Shown one piece after another: positions 1 through 8,702 of a DNA stretch of 64,000 nt. Position 1 is the stretch's first letter; each line of letters opens with the position of its first letter. The stretch covers positions 16,137 to 80,136 of the forward strand of contig JAFCCO010000003.1 in the NCBI GenBank assembly GCA_017610175.1, given 5' to 3'. Made by a program: the position numbers and the translations under genes. The notes beneath the pieces were generated by a model that was given only the letters and a program-made list of their open reading frames with translations, was not told the DNA's origin and did no database searches. This DNA comes from Candidatus Iainarchaeum sp. GTDB lineage: Archaea > Iainarchaeota > Iainarchaeia > Iainarchaeales > GCA-2688035.

Positions 1-11
1 CATGCCTGCTG

Positions 12-509
12 TTGCTCTATGCTTTTACGGAATTTGTGGAGGGGAGCGGTGCCATTGCCGCGCTTGCATTCGGGCTGGTGCTTGGAAATGCATTGCAGCT
101 GCAGAAAATGCTCAGGCTGGAGCAAAAAATAAGGCTGAATTCAAGGGTTGTTGAGTTCAACAGCCAGGTGAGCTTTTTTGTGAAGACATTTTTCTTTGCA
201 TTAATCGGGCTGCTGCTGTTTATTGAGACCGGAACACTTCTTGTTTCCATTGCGGTCGTTGCGGCGGTAACACTTGCAAGGCCGGTGGCGGTTTGGATTG
301 GAACAATCAGGGAAACCATCCCAAAAAAAGACAAGGCAATAGTAAATGGCCTGATTCCAAGAGGATTGGCTGCGGCGGTGCTTGCCATTCTTCCTGCAAG
401 TTATGGGCTGCCTGGAACGGAAGCATTCAGCGGAATAGTGTTCACAGTAATAATTGCCTCGATTGGAATTACAATGGTTTTGTTCTACATGAGAACAAAA
501 AAAATTTAG
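12..509 (+). CDS. Na+/H+ (cation/proton) antiporter, C-terminal fragment, 5'-truncated by the window edge
   Basis: Polytopic hydrophobic ORF running in from the window start. Its C-terminal motif 'IPRGLAAAVLAILPASYGL' resembles the C-terminus of the 14658..15938 antiporter-like protein, so it is probably a paralog. Confidence 0.45.
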   Translation: MLYAFTEFVEGSGAIAALAFGLVLGNALQLQKMLRLEQKIRLNSRVVEFNSQVSFFVKTFFFALIGLLLFIETGTLLVSIAVVAAVTLARPVAVWIGTIRETIPKKDKAIVNGLIPRGLAAAVLAILPASYGLPGTEAFSGIVFTVIIASIGITMVLFYMRTKKI

Positions 510-1630
510 TCAAGGTATTTTAGCACTGCATCTTTCGGGACCATTAAAGAAATCTTTCTTGTCCTGCCGCGCACGCCCTTTTCAGTGAATGCCGCCCTAA
601 TTAGGTTGAGCGATTCAAGCTTTGAAACCATTGCCCTAAAGCTTCGCTCAGTAAGCGGTTTTTCAACAGAGGAACTGTACTTCTTAAACAGTTCGCCAGT
701 GCTTGCCTGACCATTGCTTGGAACAAGCGAAAGCAGTGCCTTTTCGTGTTCTGAGAGTGATGAAACATATTTCTTTACGCCCGAGGCATCAACCTCCGCA
801 AAAACCTGCTGAAGGTGTTCGGGTGAAAGCTGCGAAGCATTTTCCTTTTCCGCAAGCCTGCCGGCTCGAAGCAGGCACTCGATTGCAATTCTTGCGTCCC
901 CCCCAAGCTTTGCGGCGTGGGCTGCGGCAACATTGATTGTTTCCTTTTCAATGGCAGAGTCAAAGAAAGCATACTGTGCACGCTCGCGCAGAATGTCCTT
1001 GAGCTGCTGCGGATTGTATGGTTCGAACAAAATTGTCTGGTGCGCAAGGCTGCTTTTAACACGCGAATCAAGTTTTGAGGAGAAAGAAAAATCGTTGCTG
1101 ATCAGAACAATGCCAAACCTTGCCTTCTCAAATTCAACAACGCGAAGCAGGTCATAGAAAAGCTTGCTTGCCTCATCAGCATACATAAGCTGGTCAACCT
1201 CGTCCAGCACAATAATCGGGGTAAACTTGGCGCGCTTCAAAGCGAAAAGAAGTTTTGTGTAAGCTTCATCAGTTGCAATTCCCCTGCGCGGGGTCGGCTC
1301 CCCCAAAAAATTGCTTATTTCGGTGAGGATTCCGTGCCTTGTGTTGAACTCAAAGCAGTTTAAGTAAAGGGCCTTTGCCCTGTCAGAGAATTCCTCAAGC
1401 TCCTTAACCACATATTTTACTGCAACGGTCTTTCCTGTCCCGCTTTTTCCAAGCACAAGGGAATTTTGCGGCTTTTTGCCCTCGGTAATTGGCTTTAAAG
1501 CAAAAACAAGGGAATCAATCTCTGCATCGCGGTGAGGCAGCTTCTCCGGAACAAATTCAGGGTAGAGAAAACGCTCGTCCCTGAAAATTGAGTTTTCCCG
1601 CGATTTTTTGGCAAAAATATTGGTTCCCAT
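506..1630 (-). CDS. orc1: Orc1/Cdc6 replication initiator (AAA+ domain plus winged helix)
   Basis: Walker A 'LVLGKSGTGKTVAVKYV', Walker B 'IIVLDEVDQL' and a C-terminal winged-helix-like region, giving the typical archaeal Orc1/Cdc6 architecture at 374 aa. Confidence 0.9.
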   Translation of the reverse strand: MGTNIFAKKSRENSIFRDERFLYPEFVPEKLPHRDAEIDSLVFALKPITEGKKPQNSLVLGKSGTGKTVAVKYVVKELEEFSDRAKALYLNCFEFNTRHGILTEISNFLGEPTPRRGIATDEAYTKLLFALKRAKFTPIIVLDEVDQLMYADEASKLFYDLLRVVEFEKARFGIVLISNDFSFSSKLDSRVKSSLAHQTILFEPYNPQQLKDILRERAQYAFFDSAIEKETINVAAAHAAKLGGDARIAIECLLRAGRLAEKENASQLSPEHLQQVFAEVDASGVKKYVSSLSEHEKALLSLVPSNGQASTGELFKKYSSSVEKPLTERSFRAMVSKLESLNLIRAAFTEKGVRGRTRKISLMVPKDAVLKYLD

Positions 1631-1690
1631 GCACTAAATTTAGGGCAGAAGTGGTTAAAATGTTTTGCAGAAAATAATTAAACTGGGAAA

Positions 1691-2512
1691 ATGGCATCAA
1701 AAATACTGTTTGGAACGGCAGGGGTTCCAATATCCACAAAATCAAGGGATTCTGTCTCAGGCATAAAGAGGGTTAGGGAGCTTGGGCTTGATGCAATGGA
1801 GCTTGAGTTTGTGCGGGGGGTTTCCATGGGACAGGAAACCGCCAAGAAAGTTGCAAAAACCGCAATGGAAGAGAACATTGTTCTGAGTGTGCACGCACCA
1901 TACTACATCAACCTAAACAGCGAGGACGCAAAGAAAAAGCAGGCAAGCAAGAAAAGAATTTGGGACTCAATGGAAATTGGAAACATATGCGGTGCACAGA
2001 CCGTTACATTTCACCCTGCGTTTTATGGAACAGGGTCAAAGGAAGAGTGCATGAAAGAAGTCGAGAATGCATTAAATGAGCTTGCGGACAAGGCAAGGGA
2101 GAAGGGGTTTGGGGTAAAACTCGCCCCTGAAACAACCGGAAAGAACAGCGTTTTTGGAAGCCTTGACGAAACCGTTGAATTGTGCAGGAGAGTTAAGGGG
2201 ATTTTGCCAATGCCGGACTTTGCGCATTTGCACGCAAGGTGCAACGGCTGTTTGAAGAAAAAGCAGGATTTTGTAAAGCTGATTGAAAAAATACCGCGCA
2301 AGTATTTGGGTGAACTGCACATGCATGCAAGCGGAATCAATTATTCTGAGAAGGGAGAGCGCAACCACCTCACAATGGAGGAAAGCGATTTCAATTACAA
2401 AGCAATGCTTGAAGCCTTGAAGGCAAAGAGGGTTTCGGGGGTAATAATCTGCGAAAGCCCAAACATTGAAAAAGACGCGCTCTTGATGAAAAAGTTTTGG
2501 GAAAAACTCTAG
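1691..2512 (+). CDS. nfo: Endonuclease IV (AP endonuclease family 2, TIM barrel)
   Basis: 273 aa with 'HAPYYINL', a 'LAPETTGK' segment and histidine clusters ('FAHLHA', 'ELHMHASGI') characteristic of Nfo / xylose-isomerase-like TIM barrels. Confidence 0.65.
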   Translation: MASKILFGTAGVPISTKSRDSVSGIKRVRELGLDAMELEFVRGVSMGQETAKKVAKTAMEENIVLSVHAPYYINLNSEDAKKKQASKKRIWDSMEIGNICGAQTVTFHPAFYGTGSKEECMKEVENALNELADKAREKGFGVKLAPETTGKNSVFGSLDETVELCRRVKGILPMPDFAHLHARCNGCLKKKQDFVKLIEKIPRKYLGELHMHASGINYSEKGERNHLTMEESDFNYKAMLEALKAKRVSGVIICESPNIEKDALLMKKFWEKL

Positions 2513-3402
2513 CCCTTGCTTCCCATAAACAGGCTTACCGCCAACCCTGTTACAAGCGCAACAAGCGAAGTTGATTGGAAGTATGCAAGGGACAGGAGCT
2601 GTTCAATTGGAATTTCGGCCCAAATGAATCCGAGCAATATGGAAAGTGAGCCGCCCACAACAAGCGCAATAATAAGGTGCCTTATCCCTGTAAGGTAATT
2701 GTGGTAAGTTGTTTTGATGAAGATGAATGCCGCAACCAGGAAAAGACCGAAGAAAATAATTCCAACCAGTTCGTTTGGGGCTGAAACTGTTACCCCACTG
2801 AACACACCGAACTGTGCAACAACCATGTAGCTTAGAACCGCGAGAAGGCTTCTGTCATGGAATGATTCAAGCAGTTTCCTAGGGGACAGAGCCTGTCTGG
2901 TAAGCATTGCAGGCGACTGCAATTGGGTCGGGGTAATTGCGGGCGCAGCCTTTGCCTCTTTTGCAAGTTCCTTCTGGAGCTCTGTTTCAACCGCTTCCTT
3001 AACATCCTCACGGATTTCACCCATTTTCAATGGCCTTGCCTTGGTCCACTCGCGCTTAACCGAAAGCAGGGAAATAATTAATGCCACAACCGCAAAAATT
3101 ACCCCGATTGTTCCAATCCCCAGAACAAAAAGATTTGGGGGGTCAATAAACAATTCAGACTGGAACCGCACAAAGAACGCAAGAAGTGAAGCCAGAACTA
3201 TCAGGAAAAGAATAAACCTTTTGATGAATGAGAGAAGCCAGGAGAACAATTTAATAACAATAATCAGCAGGACAAATGCAACAATAACAGTTATTCCCGC
3301 AATTGCAATCGCAGATGAATCAAGATTTATCAGCGCAGGCAGGAACTGCTGAAGAAAATAATTTACAGGGTCACTTATTATAGCGCCAATTTCAAGATTC
3401 AT
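2509..3402 (-). CDS. Hypothetical polytopic membrane protein
   Basis: 297-aa ORF with multiple long hydrophobic segments and a Lys/Glu-rich loop. No recognisable catalytic motif. Confidence 0.4.
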   Translation of the reverse strand: MNLEIGAIISDPVNYFLQQFLPALINLDSSAIAIAGITVIVAFVLLIIVIKLFSWLLSFIKRFILFLIVLASLLAFFVRFQSELFIDPPNLFVLGIGTIGVIFAVVALIISLLSVKREWTKARPLKMGEIREDVKEAVETELQKELAKEAKAAPAITPTQLQSPAMLTRQALSPRKLLESFHDRSLLAVLSYMVVAQFGVFSGVTVSAPNELVGIIFFGLFLVAAFIFIKTTYHNYLTGIRHLIIALVVGGSLSILLGFIWAEIPIEQLLSLAYFQSTSLVALVTGLAVSLFMGSKG

Positions 3403-3467
3403 CGTATTTTATAGGACCAAACCTATATTTATTTTTTTACTAACAAAAACGAAGGATATTTAAGCAC

Positions 3468-3782
3468 TTGAGCGTGAACTATGATATGGGGGATGATGCA
3501 AAGGAAGAGGCAAAGCCAATTGCTAAGGCATTAGGAACCATAGATAAGGCATTTGACAAATTCAGCAGTTACCTTAGTGACCGGATATCCACCTTTGTTG
3601 CATTTCTTTTTGTACTCATTGCAGTTGGGGCATTTTATGGTTATTTGGTGGTGCCAAGGTTTCCGGAAATTTCAATTTACCTGCTCCTTACCCCGCTTGG
3701 GCTTGCATTGGTTGCTTACTACAACAGGACCTTTGCAACAATTTTGTTTGCTGGGCTCTTGCTGATTACCGTTTTGCTGTGA
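3468..3782 (+). CDS. Small membrane protein (two predicted TM segments)
   Basis: 104-aa ORF immediately upstream of the ArsR-like gene, with hydrophobic stretches 'FVAFLFVLIAVGAFYGYLVV' and 'LGLALVAYY'. Confidence 0.3.
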   Translation: MSVNYDMGDDAKEEAKPIAKALGTIDKAFDKFSSYLSDRISTFVAFLFVLIAVGAFYGYLVVPRFPEISIYLLLTPLGLALVAYYNRTFATILFAGLLLITVLL

Positions 3783-3788
3783 TTTTAT

Positions 3789-4397
3789 ATGACTGATATA
3801 ATACTTGGAAACGTTGAGTTCAAGGCACTTGCATCAGAAACAAGGTCAGGCATTATTAAACTGCTTAATGAAAGGAACTACACCCTAAGCGAAATAAGCA
3901 AGAAAATGGAACTTGCCGCACCAACAATTAAGCAGCACCTTGCCCTGCTTGAGGGCGCAGGGCTTATTCAGCAAATGGACGAGGGCAGAAAATGGAAATA
4001 TTATTCACTTACAAAAAAAGGGATACGCATTCTCAACCCGGAAGCACCAACCAATGTGCTGATAATCCTTGGGCTTTCAGTAATTGGATTTTTGGGGGTT
4101 TTCTACAGCCTGTTTTCAAGAATCTCAATGCAAACCATGGTTTTAACCGCACCAGTAAACAAACAGATCAATGATCTGCCGCTTCTTGGAAAAGCAGCAG
4201 AATCAATAACAGAAGATGCTCTTGCAGTCGCCCCTGCAACGGCAGTTAACTGTGTTGCGGAGGCTGCACCAGTAATTGGAAGGGGAATTCCACTTCCCGA
4301 AGTGGTGGCACTTGTTGTCGCAGGAATCGCTTTGCTTGCAATAACCCTAATTTTTATGCCAACGCTGTTCAAAAAGAAAAAACGTTCTTCTTCCTAA
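3789..4397 (+). CDS. ArsR/SmtB-type HTH transcriptional regulator with C-terminal transmembrane anchor
   Basis: N-terminal 'LASETRSGIIKLLNERNYTLSEISKKMELAAPTIKQHLALLEGAGLI' is a winged-HTH of the ArsR type. The C-terminal half contains two hydrophobic helices and a terminal KKKKR tail. Confidence 0.55.
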   Translation: MTDIILGNVEFKALASETRSGIIKLLNERNYTLSEISKKMELAAPTIKQHLALLEGAGLIQQMDEGRKWKYYSLTKKGIRILNPEAPTNVLIILGLSVIGFLGVFYSLFSRISMQTMVLTAPVNKQINDLPLLGKAAESITEDALAVAPATAVNCVAEAAPVIGRGIPLPEVVALVVAGIALLAITLIFMPTLFKKKKRSSS

Positions 4398-5331
4398 GCT
4401 CGCCAATATAGTTTGGCTTGTGCGACGTTGTTTTCAAAAAAAGGTGGGAAACTGTGTTTGTTACAAAGCCCGCCCTGAAAGAAATCTTGCTTATGAGGGA
4501 ATAGAGCTCATCCACATTCTTTGTTCTGATTACCGAAAGAAAACTGTGCCCTGAAAGAAGAGCGTGGAGCTCGTGCACCTGAGGCAGGCCGCAAAGCATT
4601 AATGAAAAGCGGGCGCGGAATTCAGGGGGCACATCAAACAAAACCATTGTGCGCAAAGCCATGCCTGCATCAAAGTAGTTATCCGGATTAACAAGCGGGG
4701 ATTTTTTCAGCACAATCTTTGCCTTCCTCAGCTTTCTCCATCTTCTCGAAATTGTGTTCTTGTGTACCGATATCTCCTTGCCTATTTCGCGAAGCGTTTT
4801 GTCCGGATCAATCATTTTCTTGTCAAGCAGGCTTAGATCAATTTCGTCAAGATCAGCGGGGCCCTTATAGGTGCCGACACAGAGATTGTGTGTTTTGAAC
4901 TGGTCGGTAACAAAAAGAACCTCCGGTTGTTTAAGCACTTCACCGAATTTGGTTGTAAGCTCAAGAATTAATGCGTTTATGCTGGCAACATCCTTGCCCA
5001 CAATTTTGATTGCAAAATCCTTTTCACCGGTAATAAATGCGGCCACATGAACCTGTGGGAACTCAACAAGCTTTTTCATAAGCTCGCCCTGGTCCTCAAC
5101 TTCGCTACCTATTGAAAAAAGAACCCATGCAAGGCCGTTTAGCCCAAGCTTTCTGTAATCAATCTTATACCTAAAACCCTGGAAGACATTGTTCTTTCTC
5201 AGCTTGTTGATTGAATAGTTTGTTGTAGAGGACTTTAATCTGAGCTTTTTGGCAATTTCCTCATCCGAATAGTGCAGGCCGTGTTGAACGGCAAAATCAA
5301 GAATTTTCAAATCTACCGGATTTAAACCCAT
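4369..5331 (-). CDS. Lrp/AsnC-like transcriptional regulator with tandem HTH modules
   Basis: Two HTH-like segments are present ('LKILDFAVQHG...EIAKKLRLKSSTTNYSINKL' and 'LSLLDKKMIDPDKTLREIGKEISVHKNTISRRWRKL'), each followed by a RAM-like region. The 320-aa length is consistent with a double-Lrp. Confidence 0.5.
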   Translation of the reverse strand: MGLNPVDLKILDFAVQHGLHYSDEEIAKKLRLKSSTTNYSINKLRKNNVFQGFRYKIDYRKLGLNGLAWVLFSIGSEVEDQGELMKKLVEFPQVHVAAFITGEKDFAIKIVGKDVASINALILELTTKFGEVLKQPEVLFVTDQFKTHNLCVGTYKGPADLDEIDLSLLDKKMIDPDKTLREIGKEISVHKNTISRRWRKLRKAKIVLKKSPLVNPDNYFDAGMALRTMVLFDVPPEFRARFSLMLCGLPQVHELHALLSGHSFLSVIRTKNVDELYSLISKISFRAGFVTNTVSHLFLKTTSHKPNYIGELRKKNVFSF

Positions 5332-5459
5332 TTTACTGCCTCTAAATATACATAATCACAAACATAATTTAAACACTTTCGTGAAAATCACCTCAAAATA
5401 GGCAATTTTTGGTGATTTTTATCAAGACTTCTTATATCCTCGTAATGTTGCAAGTATAA

Positions 5460-5714
5460 TTGGGGTTAGAAATGGAGCGATATGCGGTGCTGAGAGCAAT
5501 AGGGATTGTAACGACACTTCTATCACTTTACAGAGGGCTAACTTCGTCAATTCCAGTGGACGACTTAATCGCAATGCTTGCAATAGCACTTGCAATAATA
5601 TGGCTTGGCAACGACCTCAAAAAAAATAAAGAAGTAAATGAGGTTGTTGAACAAGCACAAAAGCAAGAAACGGAGCTAGAGAAACTAATTACGGCGAACG
5701 GGTTGGGACTCTGA
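5460..5714 (+). CDS. Small membrane protein with C-terminal coiled-coil
   Basis: 84-aa ORF with two hydrophobic helices followed by a charged 'EVNEVVEQAQKQETELEKL' segment. A TATA-like 'AAGTATAATT' lies about 20 nt upstream. Confidence 0.3.
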   Translation: MGLEMERYAVLRAIGIVTTLLSLYRGLTSSIPVDDLIAMLAIALAIIWLGNDLKKNKEVNEVVEQAQKQETELEKLITANGLGL

Positions 5715-5780
5715 ATAAAATTCGGCAAAAGACGATAGCGGAAATTTGTTTAAAGAATTTTCCAAAGATGCTCTTTTTGA

Positions 5781-6308
5781 ATGCGCCGGATTAACAAACA
5801 AGGGTTCCTGTGTTTCCTTTTGGTAGCGGCATTTGTTTCACTTAGCCTGCAGGCTTCAAAAATTCCGGAAACTAAGAAGCTTTGGGAAGGTGAAGCGATT
5901 GCGATGGAAGCTGCGAATGCAAACTTCTTAAGAAGTGTGATTGAAGAAAATACAGACCTAATAGTTGCAAAAACAATTGCAATTGAAAGCGCAAGCTGCG
6001 AAACCAACCCGCACGAAGTGAAGCAAAAAATAAATGAAGCACTCATTCGATACTTTGATGGGATTGAGAGAAAAAGCAGCTTTGCACCAAAAGCCCTAAC
6101 AAACACCAATGAAAAAATTGGCCTGGTTTTTCTTAACGCAAACAGTTCACTGATTATAAAAAGAAATTTGCTGGGTTGTGAAGGCATTTACAGATTCCAC
6201 GGGGGCATCACAAAAAGCAACTTTGTAAAAGCGGAGATATCAGGAAAGAACTTCACGCAGGAATTCAGAATCCCAACAGGCTACACAATTACGGGAGGAT
6301 TTGCATGA
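5781..6308 (+). CDS. Secreted or pilin-like protein with N-terminal signal/anchor
   Basis: N-terminus 'MRRINKQGFLCFLLVAAFVSLSL'. It is the first of four co-directional genes whose stops and starts overlap. Confidence 0.35.
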   Translation: MRRINKQGFLCFLLVAAFVSLSLQASKIPETKKLWEGEAIAMEAANANFLRSVIEENTDLIVAKTIAIESASCETNPHEVKQKINEALIRYFDGIERKSSFAPKALTNTNEKIGLVFLNANSSLIIKRNLLGCEGIYRFHGGITKSNFVKAEISGKNFTQEFRIPTGYTITGGFA

Positions 6309-6661
6309 AAAACAGGGGCCAACTTCAGCTTGAAGCAACTATTTGCATCGCCCTGCTCTTCGCAATCACGGCGGCGGCACTCTCAACAGTTGCAGAAATT
6401 AAAACGCAACACCTTGAAAGCAATGAACTTCTTTTTGCTAAAGCAGGCGCACACAAATGCAGCCTTATTGCGGGAACAATTTTTGGCAACGGGAGTGGAA
6501 AAGTTGAAACAATGGAAAACTGTTTTGCCGCCGGAGAACACAAAGTTGTGTACAAATTTAACGACAAAGAAAAATCCAGCTACAGCCTGTCCCGCATTTC
6601 ATCAACCCAAACAGGCAGTCGTACAATCCTTGAGGCTGAGGTGAATGCCCATTACCAATAA
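6305..6661 (+). CDS. Class III signal peptide (prepilin-like) protein
   Basis: N-terminus 'MKNRGQLQLEATICIALLFAITAAAL' has a basic residue, then Gly, then a hydrophobic stretch. Its start overlaps the upstream stop (ATGA). Confidence 0.45.
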   Translation: MKNRGQLQLEATICIALLFAITAAALSTVAEIKTQHLESNELLFAKAGAHKCSLIAGTIFGNGSGKVETMENCFAAGEHKVVYKFNDKEKSSYSLSRISSTQTGSRTILEAEVNAHYQ

Positions 6662-7100
6662 GGGCTTTGCCCTATCCGCAGATACCGCATTGTCTGCAAT
6701 GGCAATGTTTGTGATGCTGTTTGTAATAACCGCACACACCGGTTCGGCGGCAAAAGAATCGGCAAACGCAATAAATGCGTTCGGGCTTGAGAAAAATGCG
6801 TTACTTATTGCAGATGCCCTTGTAAAAAACAAGTTCGAAAATCCCTTGCTTGGAAGCGCCGTATTCAATGAGGAAAAGCACAGGGTGGAAAGCAATGAAC
6901 TTAATTTGGAGAGATTTAGAAAGGCAAGAGCAATTGAATCGGACGAGTTCATTGTGAAAGAGATTTACATCAAAGAGAATGGGTTGGAGGAAAGAAAGCG
7001 GTTAAGCAAATTGGATGGGGTGAATTGCCTTGCGGTTGAAAGGCTTGTTTTGGTTAATGAAAAGAAGGCGATTGCAGGGGTTGTTGTGTGTGAAAAGTAA
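6645..7100 (+). CDS. Class III signal peptide (prepilin-like) protein
   Basis: N-terminus 'MPITNKGFALSADTALSAMAMFVMLFVITA' with a KG|F putative cleavage site. The gene overlaps its upstream neighbour. Confidence 0.45.
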   Translation: MPITNKGFALSADTALSAMAMFVMLFVITAHTGSAAKESANAINAFGLEKNALLIADALVKNKFENPLLGSAVFNEEKHRVESNELNLERFRKARAIESDEFIVKEIYIKENGLEERKRLSKLDGVNCLAVERLVLVNEKKAIAGVVVCEK

Positions 7101-7461
7101 CGGGCTTTTTGCAAGCATTGAAGCAACCCTGAGCCTGCTTATGTTGATAGCGGTTGTTGTTTCAATGCCAAGAACCGAACAGCCAAACCTTGAGACCCTG
7201 CATATTCTGCAAAAAGAACATGATCTTCTGCTTATTTGGGCAAAAACCTGGCCTGTGCAGCCCGATGAAATGGAAGGTGACTTTAGGAAATTATTCCCCG
7301 GAAAGAACGGGGCAGTGGAACTGAATACCGACTTGAGGGAAATTGGGGCACTGGAAGGAGAGATTGTTTCGTCCGAAATGCATTTTCTTGACCGGTCAGG
7401 AAACTGGAACAGGGTTGTTGTTTACGTGGTCAAGAAAAACAAGCCCATTTTCTTTTCTTAG
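7091..7461 (+). CDS. Pilin-like protein (putative GTG start)
   Basis: The ORF track shows 7030..7461. A putative GTG start at 7091 gives 'MKSNGLFASIEATLSLLMLIAVVVSM', which overlaps the upstream stop. Confidence 0.3.
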
Positions 7462-7830
7462 CAGAATGAATGACTTTTCAGATATCGACTGGCGCAATGA
7501 AGGAATTTCGTTTGGAAAAGTTAGGGGGATTGTTTTTTCCACGCCAAGAGCCTTGCTTTCCACCCTAAGAACAAGCTCGTGCCCATCTGATTCAATAAGC
7601 CATTCGTTTACCGGCCTGGCTTCAAGTTGAAAGGAAGAGCCGTTGCCAAGAAATGAAAGTTCCCCCGCACGCAGTTCAAGCGAGGAAGCGAAATTCTTTG
7701 CTGCAAGAACATCGCTTGCATAAAAAGCAAGCGAATAAGTCCTGTACATTAATGGCGCAAGGGCTGCAAAAAAGGAAAGCAGAATCGCCAAAAGCAGGAG
7801 ATATTCAATGCTTGCCTGAGCTCTTGCCAT
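7396..7830 (-). CDS. Archaeal type IV pilin-like protein
   Basis: N-terminus 'MARAQASIEYLLLLAILLSFFAALAP' follows the (R/K)(A/G)Q..EYLLL pattern also seen in the 29.5 kb pilins. Confidence 0.55.
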   Translation of the reverse strand: MARAQASIEYLLLLAILLSFFAALAPLMYRTYSLAFYASDVLAAKNFASSLELRAGELSFLGNGSSFQLEARPVNEWLIESDGHELVLRVESKALGVEKTIPLTFPNEIPSLRQSISEKSFILLRKENGLVFLDHVNNNPVPVS

Positions 7831-7835
7831 TCAAA

Positions 7836-8036
7836 TCAAATCTTATCGATTTCCTTGAATATCTTGTCACTCTTTTCCTGAATCAATTTTGTCCCCTCCT
7901 CGCTTGTTTCACGAAGTTGTGAAACAAAAAGCAGAACAAGGGCTACAACAGCCGCAAGCACAATAATCAATTCAATTGAAATTTGTGCCCTTTCACAGCC
8001 AACAGTTTCCAAAAACATAAAAAGAAACCTGCCCAA
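7836..8036 (-). CDS. Short pilin-like protein
   Basis: Contains 'ERAQISIELIIVLAAVVALVLLF'. It is 66 aa and tandem with 7396..7830. Confidence 0.5.
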   Translation of the reverse strand: MGRFLFMFLETVGCERAQISIELIIVLAAVVALVLLFVSQLRETSEEGTKLIQEKSDKIFKEIDKI

Positions 8037-8052
8037 AACGCATTAAAAAAGA

Positions 8053-8700
8053 TTGCGGGAATTCGTTGAAAAGCGAAAAAAAAGACAGGGCATTGTTTTT
8101 AATTATTTGCGGGCAAATGAGAGTAGTATGAAAGCAAAGGAAAGAAACGACCTCATAGTCAGCTGGCTTACGATCAGCGTAGCCTTTGCAATGCTTATTG
8201 GGCGGGGTTTCCTCAACATTGTTGCTTTTGTGGTTGCATTCCCAATAAGCGCAATAGTTGTCGGAACCGGATTTATTGCGCACGAAATGGCACACAGGCA
8301 GATGGCAAAAAGGTTTGGCGCGCACGCAGAATACAGGGCGTGGCAAATAGGCCTTATTTTTGCATTGATTTCCGCACTCTTTGGATTCATATTTGCCGCA
8401 CCCGGAGCGGTTTACATTTTTGGAAACATAACCAGAAAGCAGAATGGAATAATTTCACTCGCAGGGCCTGCAACAAATGTGGTCATTGCTATAGGATTCC
8501 TTATACTTGAGTGGTTTCAATTTAACAGCTGGACAAATGTCCTGGGAATGTTGGGCTTCCAAATAAACATGTTCCTTGCGCTTTTCAACATGCTTCCAAT
8601 CGGGCCCCTTGATGGGAAAAAAGTTTTTGTTTGGGATCCAAGAATTTGGGCATTGTTCTTTGTGCCGCTTGCGGTGGCATACCTAATTGGAATTATTTAG
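8053..8700 (+). CDS. Site-2 protease family (M50) intramembrane zinc metalloprotease
   Basis: 'HEMAH' (HExxH) sits in a TM helix, with a downstream 'LALFNMLPIGPLDG' motif (NxxPxxxLDG) typical of S2P/M50. The true start may be the internal Met. Confidence 0.6.
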   Translation: MREFVEKRKKRQGIVFNYLRANESSMKAKERNDLIVSWLTISVAFAMLIGRGFLNIVAFVVAFPISAIVVGTGFIAHEMAHRQMAKRFGAHAEYRAWQIGLIFALISALFGFIFAAPGAVYIFGNITRKQNGIISLAGPATNVVIAIGFLILEWFQFNSWTNVLGMLGFQINMFLALFNMLPIGPLDGKKVFVWDPRIWALFFVPLAVAYLIGII

Positions 8701-8702
8701 AA

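Noticed and set aside
17-388. 123-aa minus-strand ORF at the window start
   Set aside because: It is antisense to the antiporter fragment (12..509). The plus-strand reading is a coherent membrane protein paralogous to 14658..15938, so the minus ORF is a shadow.
1631-1690. Possible replication origin next to orc1/cdc6
   Set aside because: The only intergenic space adjacent to orc1 is about 60 bp. It shows no ORB or mini-ORB-like repeated elements or AT-rich unwinding element, so an origin cannot be supported from this window.
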